NCBI GenBank assembly: GCA_963729625.1
Contig: CAVSOU010000017.1
Span: 160,001 to 224,000 of the forward strand
DNA length: 64,000 bases
Origin: an uncultured bacterium
GTDB taxonomy: Bacteria; Chloroflexota; UBA5177; JANWHV01
Direction of reading: 5' to 3'
Made by a program: the position numbers and the translations under genes. Of the stretch, positions 29,801 through 38,463 are shown one piece after another; position 1 is the stretch's first letter, and every line of letters begins with the position of its first letter. The notes beneath the pieces were generated by a model. That model saw only the letters and a list, made by a program, of their open reading frames with translations, did not search any database and was not told the origin of the DNA.

Positions 29801-31302
29801 ACGCCGGTGCTCTGGCCACCAGCCCCACGGCGAACGTGCTGGCGACCGGTGGCGGACGCGACGACGAGACGGTCCAGCTCTGGGACGTCAAGGAACGGCG
29901 ACCGCTGGGCGCGGCGCTCACCGGACCGTGGGACACGGTAGAGCAGCTGGCGTTCAGCCCGAACGGCCAGACGCTGGCCGCGACCTGCGGCGACGGGACG
30001 GTCTGGCTCTGGGACCTGCGGCGACGAGAGCCGCACGGCATGCTGCTGACGAGCGGAATCAGTGCCGCCGGCACGCTGGCCTTCAGTGCCGACGGCGCCA
30101 CGCTGGCGCTGGCGAGCGGCGATCACACGCTGCTCTGGGACGTGGCGACGCGCCGGCCGCGAGGAGGGCCGCTCTCCGCCCATGCCGGCGAAATCTACGG
30201 CGTGGCGTTCAACCCCAAGGGCAGCGAACTGGCTGCGGCCGGCGCCGGGGGTACCATTCAGCTCTGGGATATCACGCCGAGCGCCGGCCGGGACAATCCA
30301 CTGGCGACCACGCTCAACGGCGTGAACCCGATCACCAGGCTGGCGTTCTCGCCCGACGGCAGCACCATTGCCGCCGGCGACACGACAGGCCGGGTGCGGC
30401 TTTGGGACGCAACGCATCGCCGGGCGATCGGCGTCCTCTCGAGTGGGCAGAGGACTAGCATTATCGGACTGGCGTTCACCCCGGACGGCACACTGCTGAC
30501 CGCCGCGGATGTCAGCGGTCCCATTCAGCTCTGGGACGTGGCGCGTCGTCGGCCACGCGGCGCGCCCCTGGATGCGCATGCAGGTGGTCTGATGAGCATG
30601 GCCATGAGCCCCGACGGCAGGCTCCTCGCCGCGGGTTACGCGGACTCCACCATCCGGCTCTGGGACGTGTCGTCGCACCGCCAGATCGGGCCGCCACTCA
30701 CCGGCCTGTACGGTGATGGCTCCGCGCTCGCCTTCAGTCCGGACGGCACGATCCTGGCGTCCGGCAGCTTTGGCTTCGCAGTGCAGCTCTGGGACGTCGC
30801 CACGCATCGACCGCGAGGCACACCCCTCCTCGGCCACGGCAACGCCGTGTTCGGCCTGGCTTTCAGTCCCGAAGGCACCCTCCTCGCCTCGGCAAGCCTC
30901 GATCGGACGGTCCGGCTGTGGGATGTGGCGCTCGACCGTCCATCCGGCGGTCCCCTGCGCGGCCACACCGGCGACGTGTGGAATGTGGCCTTCAATGCGG
31001 ACGGGAGCATGCTGGCGTCCGGCAGCGCCGACGGCACGGTGCGGCTCTGGAGCGTGGCCTATCGTCGGCAGATCGGCCCGTCGCTGGTGAGCGGCACCAC
31101 AGTCACGGATCTCACCTTCAACCGTGCAGGCACGCTCCTTGCGGTTGGAAGCGGCGACGGGCCAGTGTGGCTCTGGGACGTCAGCGTACCGTCCTGGCTA
31201 CAACGTGCCTGCGCGATCGCTAACCGGAACCTGACGCTCCAGGAATGGCAGACCTACCTGGGCAGCGCGCCCTATCACGCGACCTGCCCCGCCGCGGGCT
31301 GA
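26806..31302 (+). CDS. XRE-HTH + TIR + nSTAND1 NTPase + TM + WD40-repeat protein (NLR-like)
   Basis: HTH FTQEELAERAGLS; TIR WVDLDDLPAG...WEQALREAI...SRYVADEL; NPYKGLRPF...FFGRE; Walker A GASGSGKSS; Walker B VLDQAEELF; LPLLQFTL; HEALMREWPRL; hydrophobic helix LLVGILALFLLVAAG; roughly 14 AFSPDG...LWD repeats. Confidence 0.93.
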   Translation: METAQPEDTGQPHTFAKLLRHYRTAAGFTQEELAERAGLSLRGVLYLERGGRQPYRDTIRRLADALALSQEGRAALLAAGRRHGSGDAASPAAGAPLPREDEPEEAQPGWIYVAHAQGDRGRVERLRGDLQRHGTPTWVDLDDLPAGTPSWEQALREAIRGALAVLLVASPQTRSSRYVADELRIAELYGRCVYPLWVEGEQWMECVPLGWGGLQYLDARGDRYEVALDALAAEARHRPEQQPAVAAEPSHPAGVPAAAGRGGLSEPRNPYKGLRPFTAADAGDFFGRERLVEALLEALPAAGSSTPRFLALVGASGSGKSSVILAGLLPRLQAGALLGSAEWTYLPPITPGSRPLDALAQTLHAALPTSVDLASIRAALAEEPDGLHRLARQLESGPGQRVVLVLDQAEELFATAVAEEERRCCVDLLVTAATAPGGPVLVVLTLRADFYDRPLRYPALGALLQAHDVAVLAPTTADLRQAIEGPAALPDVQLSFDEDLVGDLLFDLRGQAGALPLLQFTLDELFARREGHRLCGAAYRALGGVRGALARHAEAAYAALPSKEHRTLARALFLRLIDPGESEQDTTRRRAAMGEFTLPDRAQTDRLQQVIQAFIGARLLVAGRSTAGTTNASETTVEVSHEALMREWPRLAGWLREAREDVRLQQATSADAAAWEQHGQPADRLYRGSLLLEAEAWAARNTPSTQEAAFLDAARLERDVQALEERERQARQLALTQDALAANRRAAYRLRLLVGILALFLLVAAGLSVFAVRSALQAKQNEHSAEAAATAASIARVALSEKDLALSATLAAQANKLLGSHEDLALLLSVEAERTANTIEARGALLASLESVPPRLIRFLGGHSGGVRALAFSPDGTLLASGGDDGTVRLWDAASGRAIGSPLSGGAGTVNSVAFSPDGRLLAAGGADGAVRLWRRIGSGGRWAPWGGLLRGQQDQVRVVAFSANGSVLASSSWDGSTWLWDLGGAMPHGAALTTHASYAGALATSPTANVLATGGGRDDETVQLWDVKERRPLGAALTGPWDTVEQLAFSPNGQTLAATCGDGTVWLWDLRRREPHGMLLTSGISAAGTLAFSADGATLALASGDHTLLWDVATRRPRGGPLSAHAGEIYGVAFNPKGSELAAAGAGGTIQLWDITPSAGRDNPLATTLNGVNPITRLAFSPDGSTIAAGDTTGRVRLWDATHRRAIGVLSSGQRTSIIGLAFTPDGTLLTAADVSGPIQLWDVARRRPRGAPLDAHAGGLMSMAMSPDGRLLAAGYADSTIRLWDVSSHRQIGPPLTGLYGDGSALAFSPDGTILASGSFGFAVQLWDVATHRPRGTPLLGHGNAVFGLAFSPEGTLLASASLDRTVRLWDVALDRPSGGPLRGHTGDVWNVAFNADGSMLASGSADGTVRLWSVAYRRQIGPSLVSGTTVTDLTFNRAGTLLAVGSGDGPVWLWDVSVPSWLQRACAIANRNLTLQEWQTYLGSAPYHATCPAAG

Positions 31303-31365
31303 GGGATCCGCCTGCCGCATGGGTTGGAGGAGTTCGAGGTCTAGAGCCGATAGAGAGCACACCGC

Positions 31366-31716
31366 CTAGAGCGGTAGGAAGACAATTTGCCCTTGCCACT
31401 CGCCTTCCTGACTGCACATCGCGAGCAGGACGACGTCCTCGACTACTGTGCCGAGCGAGGCGTTGTAGCCTACCAGGAATAGGCCCGCCATCGGCTGCCC
31501 GGACTCCAGCCGCTCAATGGCGTATTTGCTGAGGGTGGCCACGTCATGGCTGAGCACGACGCGGTGTTCGTCGGCTGCCCAGGCCAACACTTCCCAGTCG
31601 TCGATGCCGCTCAGACCCACGTCCTGGAGCCGCACGAAATCCACATCTGGTAGGCGCCGAAGCACACCGCGCAGGATGGCGTTATTGAAGTTCTCATCGG
31701 CAGCCAGCTTGAGCAC
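31366..31716 (-). CDS. DUF5615 PIN-like protein (putative toxin)
   Basis: LAADENFN, DVGLSGIDDWEVLAWAA, VVLSHD; directly downstream of the DUF433 gene. Confidence 0.88.
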   Translation of the reverse strand: MLKLAADENFNNAILRGVLRRLPDVDFVRLQDVGLSGIDDWEVLAWAADEHRVVLSHDVATLSKYAIERLESGQPMAGLFLVGYNASLGTVVEDVVLLAMCSQEGEWQGQIVFLPL

Positions 31717-31719
31717 AAG

Positions 31720-32055
31720 CTACGGCCCCGCAGCCGCCCGGCGAGCCAGCAGGCGCTCACGAATGCCTGCGCTAGGGAACCGTGCCTGGATCTCCTGGCG
31801 CACCGCAGCATCCTGCTGTTCTCGCTCACGCAGGTACGTCTCCACCTCCTCGCGCTGCCGCAAGTAGAACGTGAGTGTAGCGTAGATGGCGGTCAGGTTG
31901 ACCGAGGGATACTGCAGTGCGATTTCCTCTGCAGTCGCTCCAGCCCTAAACGACGCGATAACGCTGTCCAGCGTGACCCGCGTGCCAGCCACGCGTAGCA
32001 CTCCGTGCGCATCCGCCGCAAGCGGGACCGGTGTGTCGGCAATGATCAGCGCCAC
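31720..32055 (-). CDS. DUF433 protein (putative antitoxin)
   Basis: LRVAGTRVTLDSVIASFRAGATAEEIALQYPSVNLTAIYATLTFYL; GTG start inferred. Confidence 0.9.
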   Translation of the reverse strand: MALIIADTPVPLAADAHGVLRVAGTRVTLDSVIASFRAGATAEEIALQYPSVNLTAIYATLTFYLRQREEVETYLREREQQDAAVRQEIQARFPSAGIRERLLARRAAAGP

Positions 32056-32413
32056 AGGGGCCACTTTTCCGTTCTGGATAACGATGGCGTCGCTAGCCTG
32101 GGAACCGCGCGCACGCCAATCGTCCCTGCCCGCAGTATAGCGCATCGCCGCCCTGCTAGCTCCCTGCCTTGCCTTCACGCGTGTGCCTCACGATTGTTGT
32201 CGCCGTGGAGCGGATTGGTCGCTGTGCTGCAGGCACGCCGGCCAACCATCAACAACTATGGTGTGCTCCCCGCCTCCACCGTTGCGCTGCGAGGGGGCCG
32301 GCACTACCCCTATCGCTTGCAAGCCCCCGGCCGCCTCGCCCCAGGGCCCGGCACCGGCAGGCGGTGCAGTAAGGCGCTGAGGCGGTCTGTGAGCAGCGCC
32401 GGGAACGCGCTGC

Positions 32414-33100
32414 TCAGCGGTCAATCGTCAGATGGTAGGTGACTTCGCCAGCCATCGAGACAGGAGGGCCATACGAAAAGCGCAGGTCGACCGTATGCCG
32501 TCCCGCTAACAGCGGCGCGAGCATGACCAGGATGCCATCGGCCACCGACTTGGTGGTCCCAGGCCCTGGCACGCCCATGAAGTTGTCAGCGGGATAGCTA
32601 TAGGTGAAGAGAGGAGTCTCGAAACGGTACCGGGTCAGCAGGTTCGTGAGGTGCACCCCATCCACCGTGACGTCAGCTTCTGTCACTACAGCGTCGCCTT
32701 TGGCGGTACTGCGCAGTGCCTCGAAGGTGTCGCCGCCCCCAATCACGGTCGCAGACTCATCGCCGGCCGGAAAGATTAGGAGCGCCTTGCCGGCGGGCAC
32801 CGTGCAGGTCCGGATATCGGTGCCGCCCCCGTTCGAGGTGAGGTACCAGACCGGGCCGGACTGGCCTACGGCGCAGTGCGCACCGGTGTGGTCCAACACG
32901 GGGTTCTCTGGCGTAGGCGCACCCATCCACCACCGGACATACCGTATGAGCCATTCGCTGTACGAGTGGCCGAAGGGGTGCGACTGGGGCGGGTACACCT
33001 GAGGCTTCGCGCTTCCCGCTCGGACGGCCGATGCCGGTCCCAGGGCGAGCATGGTGAGCAGAACCACCAACAACGCGACCAGCTTCCTTGTGCTTCTCAT
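32414..33100 (-). CDS. Secreted protein of unknown function (paralogue 1)
   Basis: Signal peptide; HPFGHSYSEW...NPVLDHTGAHCAVGQSGPVWYL...RTCTVPAGKALL; AAGGAG-like RBS. Confidence 0.85.
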   Translation of the reverse strand: MRSTRKLVALLVVLLTMLALGPASAVRAGSAKPQVYPPQSHPFGHSYSEWLIRYVRWWMGAPTPENPVLDHTGAHCAVGQSGPVWYLTSNGGGTDIRTCTVPAGKALLIFPAGDESATVIGGGDTFEALRSTAKGDAVVTEADVTVDGVHLTNLLTRYRFETPLFTYSYPADNFMGVPGPGTTKSVADGILVMLAPLLAGRHTVDLRFSYGPPVSMAGEVTYHLTIDR

Positions 33101-33228
33101 TTCCTTCTCCCTTTGGTCCGGCCCAAACTCCATCTCCCGGCTGACTCGCCCCAGGGCCCGGCACCGGCGGACGGCGCAGCGAGGCCCTGAGGTGAGGCGG
33201 CCTGTGAGCAGCGCCGGGAACACACTGC

Positions 33229-33921
33229 TCAGCGGCGAATAGTCAGATGGTAGGTGACTTCGCCAGCCATCGGGTTCATGGGAGGGCCGTACGAAAAGCG
33301 GAGGTCGACCGTGTGCCGTCCCGCTGCCAGCGGAGCGAGCATGACCTGGGTGCAATCAGCCACGGCCTTGGTGGTCCCGGGTCCAGGTACGCCCATGAAG
33401 TTGTCGGCGGGGTACGCAAGCGTGAAGAGGGGAGTCTGGAACCGGTAGCGCCTGAGCAGGTTCGTGAGGGGCGCCCCATCCACTGTCACCTCATCTTCTC
33501 TCACCCCATCCATACCGCTCTTGGCGCGGCTGCGCAGTGCCGCGAAGGTGTCGCCGCCCCCTACCACTGTCGCAGCGAAAGCCCCAGCCCCCTCGATCAG
33601 GAGCGCCCTGCCGGGGGGCACCGTGCAGGTGCGGATATCGGTGCCGCCGAGGTTCCCAGTGAGGTACCAGACCGGGCCGGACTGCCCTACAGCGCAGCGC
33701 GCACCGGTGTGGTCCAACGAGGGGGACTCCGGCATAGGTATAGCCACCCCCCACCGAATGCTCCGGATGAGCCATTCGCTGTACGAGTGGCCGTACGGGT
33801 GCGCCTGGGGCGGGAACACGCTCGGCGGTGCGGTTTTCGCCTGGGCGCCTGGCACGGGTCCAAGGGCGAGGACGGCAAGTACGACCACCAGCAATGCGAC
33901 CAGCTTCCTCGAGCTATGCAT
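33229..33921 (-). CDS. Secreted protein of unknown function (paralogue 2)
   Basis: Colinear with paralogue 1 along its length (HSYSEWLIR, CAVGQSGPVWYLT, GGTDIRTCTVP, MAGEVTYHLTI). Confidence 0.85.
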   Translation of the reverse strand: MHSSRKLVALLVVVLAVLALGPVPGAQAKTAPPSVFPPQAHPYGHSYSEWLIRSIRWGVAIPMPESPSLDHTGARCAVGQSGPVWYLTGNLGGTDIRTCTVPPGRALLIEGAGAFAATVVGGGDTFAALRSRAKSGMDGVREDEVTVDGAPLTNLLRRYRFQTPLFTLAYPADNFMGVPGPGTTKAVADCTQVMLAPLAAGRHTVDLRFSYGPPMNPMAGEVTYHLTIRR

Positions 33922-34169
33922 ATCCTTCTCGTTCCTGCGCGGCGCCGGGCACAAGCAACCCGGGGCACGACCATGCCATCGTGGCCGGGTTCACCAGTTG
34001 CTCGCTGCAGTCCAGGGGTGACCAGACAGGAGCAGGCGTCGGCAAGAGAGGAGCGGCCTCGCCGCTCGCGGTGCTTGAGGCGTCGGACCCTTTCTCGGGC
34101 TGCAGGTCAGCGCATCCACTACGAGCCGATTATGGGCCCGCAAGTGCGCCCTGTCCATGAACAGCGTAT

Positions 34170-34200
34170 GCACAGTAGCGTGCACAGTAGAACGCACAGT
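34170..34200. promoter_or_regulatory. Three GCACAGT direct repeats at a 12-bp period
   Basis: GCACAGT at 34170, 34182 and 34194, about 250 bp upstream of paralogue 2. Confidence 0.55.
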
Positions 34201-34486
34201 TGCCGGGGCGACCACGATAGGCTCCAGGCAGCGCTGTTCTTGCGCGCCCCCCAACGCACGAGCGTGACCTACGGCTACACCGCTACGGTTCCGCCTGGTG
34301 TCCACGTCGAGGCTTGTGCGGCTGTGAGAGAATGCGGAACTGCAACGATGATTCGCCGTTGTGTCGTGGCACAGCCGGAGGCAACGTAGCAGCGAAAGGT
34401 CCACAGATCCGAGCAGGGATCGACACCGGCGACCAAGCCCGCCCTGCTACACTGACCCACAAGAAGAGGCCCAAGAGGCACAGGCC

Positions 34487-34777
34487 ATGAGGCCGTCACA
34501 AGCCCTCGCCGCACACCGCATCGAGATTCGGCGCGTGGTCGAGGCACACAGAGCACGCAATCCCAGGGTGTTCGGCTCGGTCTCGCGAGTCGCGGACACC
34601 GAGTCCAGCGACCTCGACCTGCTCATCGACACCCTACCGGAGACATCGCTGCTGGATATCGGCGCCATGCTCGACGAGCTGGAGACTTTGCTGGGCGTGC
34701 GCGTCGACATCCTGACTTCTTCCGAGCTGCCCCCTGCGTTGCAGCGCAATCTCCTGACGCAAGCCATCCCGGTGTAA
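34487..34777 (+). CDS. Minimal nucleotidyltransferase (MNT antitoxin)
   Basis: RNPRVFGSVSRVADTESSDLDLLID...LLGVRVDILT. Confidence 0.92.
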   Translation: MRPSQALAAHRIEIRRVVEAHRARNPRVFGSVSRVADTESSDLDLLIDTLPETSLLDIGAMLDELETLLGVRVDILTSSELPPALQRNLLTQAIPV

Positions 34778-34779
34778 CC

Positions 34780-34866
34780 ATGGACCAGGCACGCCTACCC
34801 GACTATATCGACCACATGCTGGATTCCGTGAGGCGAATCCAAGCCTACACGGCTAACATGGACGAA
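34780..34866 (+). pseudogene. 5' fragment of a HepT/DUF86 (HEPN) toxin
   Basis: MDQARLPDYIDHMLDSVRRIQAYTANMDE directly after MNT, then loses similarity; no IPW...RN..AH.Y motif. Confidence 0.75.
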
Positions 34867-35004
34867 CGACGCCGGCCCAGGGCAGGTGGCAGGACGGGAG
34901 CGGCACGCCGTCCCAGGCCGCAAGGGTGGCTAAGGTGGCATCACGCTGAACGAGGAGATGCTCGTCGCCCACAGGCTGTCTAGCGCGGGTTCGCCATGCC
35001 GTGG

Positions 35005-36915
35005 CTAGGGCTTCATCGTGTCACGGCCGACGTCCGCGGAACCGTCGAGGCTTCCGGAGCGGCACAGCGCACAGTTGCTCGGAGAACTGCCGTCGAGTGG
35101 GCAGGGTCCAGGTGCCAACACGCACATGGCGTCGCCCGTGGCAATCCCGCGCTGCGCCCAGTAGTCTTCCAGCACGCCGACGTTCGTGGCGTCAATCCAG
35201 GTGTAGGGAACGTCAAGTGCGCGCACAGGCGGTCCCTCAGGCATATGCAGCAGGCTCCGCTCCGGCAGATCGGCGACAGACGCGGTCCCATTGAGGACCC
35301 GCAGCACCTCTTGCAGCGCCCTCGCCGCCATGCCAGCCGAATCCTGCAATACCGTCCCCGCCATCGCTCCAGATCTGATCAGATCGGCGGCATGATAATC
35401 CCCGTCACCGCCGATCAGCAGTACACGCTGCGTCAGCCCCTCCGTTGCCAGCAGATCGGCAACCCCGAATGCCATGTCGTCGTTCGCCGTGATCACGGCA
35501 TTGACGCGACCGGGACCATAAGCACTGAGAGCGTCCTGCACGACGCTCTTCGCTTCCTCAGGATGCCATTCTTCACACGGTACGCTGGCCAACAGCGTCA
35601 GGCCGGGATACTTTGCGAGGGTGTCGCGCACTCCTTGTCCAATACTGCGTGCGTTGTCATCATACGATCCACCTTCGGCAACGAAGACCCCGCCCTTGCC
35701 ATTGAGAAGGCGCGCCACCGCGTGCGCCTGCATGCTGCCGCGTACATAGGTATCACTCCCGGCAAAGAAATCGAACTCGCGCGTACGCGCCGGCCGGTGG
35801 AAGCAAACGACCAGCCTCTTGCGTGCGCGTGCCTCGACGAAGAGCGGCGCCGCTTCAACCGCGTTGGTAGGATGGATAATCAGCGCGTCCAATGGCTCTT
35901 CGAGATGCCGGCGCACGTCTATGGCCTGCTTGTGCTTGCCTGACGCATCGGTCCACAGGATCTGACCGCCGGCACGGGCCATGGCCGCGGTCGCTGCGCG
36001 GCGCATCTCGACATACACCAGGTTGTCGGTAAAGGATAGGCTCCAGCCTATCAGCGGGCGCTTCCTTGTAGCAGACGCATTCACGGCGGGAGGGGCTGCA
36101 ACCTGACGAAGCAATGTGACAAGCTTCCACAAGGCGTCTCCCTGCAGCTGGGCTCTCGGTACTGTAATGCTGAGCGCGGTCGAAGGTCGCCCGGGCTGTT
36201 CTGGCAGCGCCACCGCAACGCACTCGAGGCCGCGTTCCATCCGGCCGTCATCACATGCGTAGCCCGTCCAGCGTACCTCCTCCAGGTCGCGCGCCAGCAC
36301 GTCGAATGACGGGTGCAAGTGCAGTATCCCCGGCATTGACTCAGGCCACTCGAAGCCACTGTAGAGGGAGGCAAGGTCACCGACAGGCAGCATGGCGAGA
36401 AGCGCTTTCCCTTCGGCCGTCAGGTGCGCTGGAAGTCGCTGGCCAACCCGGGAACGCGCACTGAGTTGGTTGCGCGAGGTTGTGCCGTCCACATACTCAA
36501 CATCCCGACCGGAGAGAACGGCGATGTGCACCGTCTCGCCTGAGCGCTCCGCGACCAGGTGCATGGCACGCCGGGCATTGACAAATGGCTCATTCGGATC
36601 AAGGTAGGCCCGACTGACTTCGGGCAGCCGCGGACCAAGGCAATAGCGCCGCCGGTCGCTCCCGCGCACGAGGTACCGCCGAGTTTCGAGCACTCGCAGG
36701 AGAGGATGCAGGCTGCTGATCGGCGCCGCCAACTCGGCCGCAACCCCACTCAGCGTCAGGCCCGCCGGCTTTCGAGCCAAGAGCTCAAGAATATCAAGCA
36801 CGCGTGTGGCGGTCCGACCCGTCTGCGGCGCCGAGCCGGCTGCACCAGACCGCACTGCCGTCCCCTCGACCCGCGGCGCCTGCGAGCGCGGCTGTCGATC
36901 AGTCTGTTGGCTCAA
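35005..36915 (-). CDS. IclR-family regulator fused to a periplasmic-binding-protein-type sugar-binding domain
   Basis: RVLDILELLA...LTLSGVAAEL (HTH), GETVHIAVL, PAHLTAEGKALLA, GLECVAVAL; then LIGWSL...DALIIHP...AVITANDDMAFG...GGDGD...TVLQDS (RbsB/XylF-like). TTG start uncertain. Confidence 0.88.
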   Translation of the reverse strand: MSQQTDRQPRSQAPRVEGTAVRSGAAGSAPQTGRTATRVLDILELLARKPAGLTLSGVAAELAAPISSLHPLLRVLETRRYLVRGSDRRRYCLGPRLPEVSRAYLDPNEPFVNARRAMHLVAERSGETVHIAVLSGRDVEYVDGTTSRNQLSARSRVGQRLPAHLTAEGKALLAMLPVGDLASLYSGFEWPESMPGILHLHPSFDVLARDLEEVRWTGYACDDGRMERGLECVAVALPEQPGRPSTALSITVPRAQLQGDALWKLVTLLRQVAAPPAVNASATRKRPLIGWSLSFTDNLVYVEMRRAATAAMARAGGQILWTDASGKHKQAIDVRRHLEEPLDALIIHPTNAVEAAPLFVEARARKRLVVCFHRPARTREFDFFAGSDTYVRGSMQAHAVARLLNGKGGVFVAEGGSYDDNARSIGQGVRDTLAKYPGLTLLASVPCEEWHPEEAKSVVQDALSAYGPGRVNAVITANDDMAFGVADLLATEGLTQRVLLIGGDGDYHAADLIRSGAMAGTVLQDSAGMAARALQEVLRVLNGTASVADLPERSLLHMPEGPPVRALDVPYTWIDATNVGVLEDYWAQRGIATGDAMCVLAPGPCPLDGSSPSNCALCRSGSLDGSADVGRDTMKP

Positions 36916-37050
36916 CTCGTCTCCCTGCCTGCACCGAATTGTCTGGCCCTTCTCGAGCGACGACGTATCTCACGAGTTGTCGAGGCGCCGGACCATCCCT
37001 AGTTCATTCTACGAGAATCCTCCGGCAGTTGAAGCTTCAAATGCACCCCC

Positions 37051-37122
37051 TTGACAACGGCTCCGCTCGCGCGTAGTATAGCACAAGTTGCGTATATAGG
37101 TATGATTTCGTATATACGAAAT
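37051..37122 (+). promoter_or_regulatory. Promoter and IclR-type operator of the GH172 operon
   Basis: TTGACA-N17-TAGTAT (37051-37079); perfect palindrome ATTTCGTATATACGAAAT (37105-37122) preceded by a degenerate copy TTGCGTATATAGGTA. Confidence 0.8.
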
Positions 37123-37196
37123 ATAGGGTGAACGGCTTCAGATATGTGTCACGGGTGCGTACATCCGGCACCGCGTGCGAGAGGAGAAGACGGGCG

Positions 37197-38297
37197 ATGT
37201 ATAGTCACGGCGGCGCGCTGGGACTCGGCCATCTCTGGCGCCTATCATCGGCAAGAACTCGCTCGATATCGCCTGAGAACCCGACCGGCGAGAAAGGTGC
37301 CGGTGCGATGGCCGAACCTGATCCAAGCGGTCCCGCACGCGAGCTGGGACGTGGCTGGAAGTGCCGGCCGTACGTGACGATCGAGCCCGGTGAGGAACAG
37401 ACGCTGGCGAAGATCGACGGTCCTGGTGCCATCACGAGCATGTGGTTTGGCGGTGCGGTCGATCGCGACGCGATTCTTCGGCTGTACTGGGACGGCCAGC
37501 GTCAGCCGTCAGTCGAATGCCCGATCACCGATTTCTTCGCGGTCCCGTGGGGCGTGCAAAATGCCCAGACTCCCACGGCTGGCCCGCTGATCCTTGTGAA
37601 TTCCCTACCGGTGGCCGTGAATCCCAACCGTGGCCTCAACTGCTTCTGGGAGATGCCGTTCGGTCGTTCCTGCCGCCTAACCCTGCAGAACCTGCATCCT
37701 GGCCAGGTGAAGCCCTGCTTCTACCAGGTCAACTATGTACTGACCGATCTCCCCGACGAGATCGCCTACTTCCACGCGCAGTTCCGCCGGGTCAATCCAC
37801 TCGCGTATGGGGAGGCATACACCATCGTCGATGGCATCCGCGGTCAGGGCCAGTACGTAGGCACGTCCATGGGCTGGGGCATCAACAACAGCGGGTGGTG
37901 GGGAGAGGGCGAGATCAAGTTCTATCTCGATGGGGATTGCGAGTACCCGACCATCTGCGGCACCGGCACCGAAGACTACTTCGGCGGCTCCTATAACTGG
38001 GAGGTCGACGGCCAGTACGTCACCTACTCGGCACCCTTCCTCGGCATGCATCACGTAGCGCGTCCGGACGGCACCTATCGCTCGCAGCAGCGGCACGCCA
38101 TGTATCGCTGGCACATCGTGGACCCCATTCACTTCGAGCGCGACGCGCGCGTGACGATCCAGGCGCTCGGCTGGCGCAGTGAAGGGCGCTACCTGCCAGG
38201 CCAGCACGATATCTGCTCCGTGGGGTACTGGTACCAGACGCTGCCCACGGCCTCATTCCCCAGCTTTCCGGATCGCAATGCCCTCGAGATCGTGTAG
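37197..38297 (+). CDS. DUF2961 / glycoside hydrolase family 172 protein
   Basis: RSISPENPTGEKG, LGRGWK, NCFWEMPF, YFHAQFRR, WWGEGEIKFYLDGD, TICGTGTEDYF, YRWHIVDPIHF, TIQALGW; no signal peptide. Confidence 0.93.
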   Translation: MYSHGGALGLGHLWRLSSARTRSISPENPTGEKGAGAMAEPDPSGPARELGRGWKCRPYVTIEPGEEQTLAKIDGPGAITSMWFGGAVDRDAILRLYWDGQRQPSVECPITDFFAVPWGVQNAQTPTAGPLILVNSLPVAVNPNRGLNCFWEMPFGRSCRLTLQNLHPGQVKPCFYQVNYVLTDLPDEIAYFHAQFRRVNPLAYGEAYTIVDGIRGQGQYVGTSMGWGINNSGWWGEGEIKFYLDGDCEYPTICGTGTEDYFGGSYNWEVDGQYVTYSAPFLGMHHVARPDGTYRSQQRHAMYRWHIVDPIHFERDARVTIQALGWRSEGRYLPGQHDICSVGYWYQTLPTASFPSFPDRNALEIV

Positions 38298-38463
38298 GCA
38301 TGCCTCGCATGGCAACATGCGCAAGGCGAGAGAAAGGGGGTCCTTACCGAGCACACACAGTATACGACCACGAGGGATTGTGAGACATCACTCGCTTCCC
38401 GGTTGACAGGCACTCTACCGACTGCTCTTTGAGTTCGATCACTTCGCTTCGAGGAGGTCTTTG

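Larger units (their letters stand above)
32335..33931. repeat. Diverged tandem duplication (unit about 810 bp)
   Basis: CTCGCCCCAGGGCCCGGCACCGGC at 32335 and 33145; TGTGAGCAGCGCCGGGAAC in both units; both genes lie inside the units. Confidence 0.9.

Noticed and set aside
28624-30966. 780-aa minus-strand repetitive ORF (similarly 2221-3642, 19457-20854, 25280-26641, 34996-35943)
   Set aside because: Shadows of motif-supported genes on the opposite strand; the repetition mirrors the WD40 repeats.
29380-31180. Recurring CTCTGGGACGT / TTCAGCCCCGACGGC DNA motifs as a possible CRISPR or repeat array
   Set aside because: In frame and explained by WD40 peptide repeats; no constant repeat-spacer structure and no cas genes.
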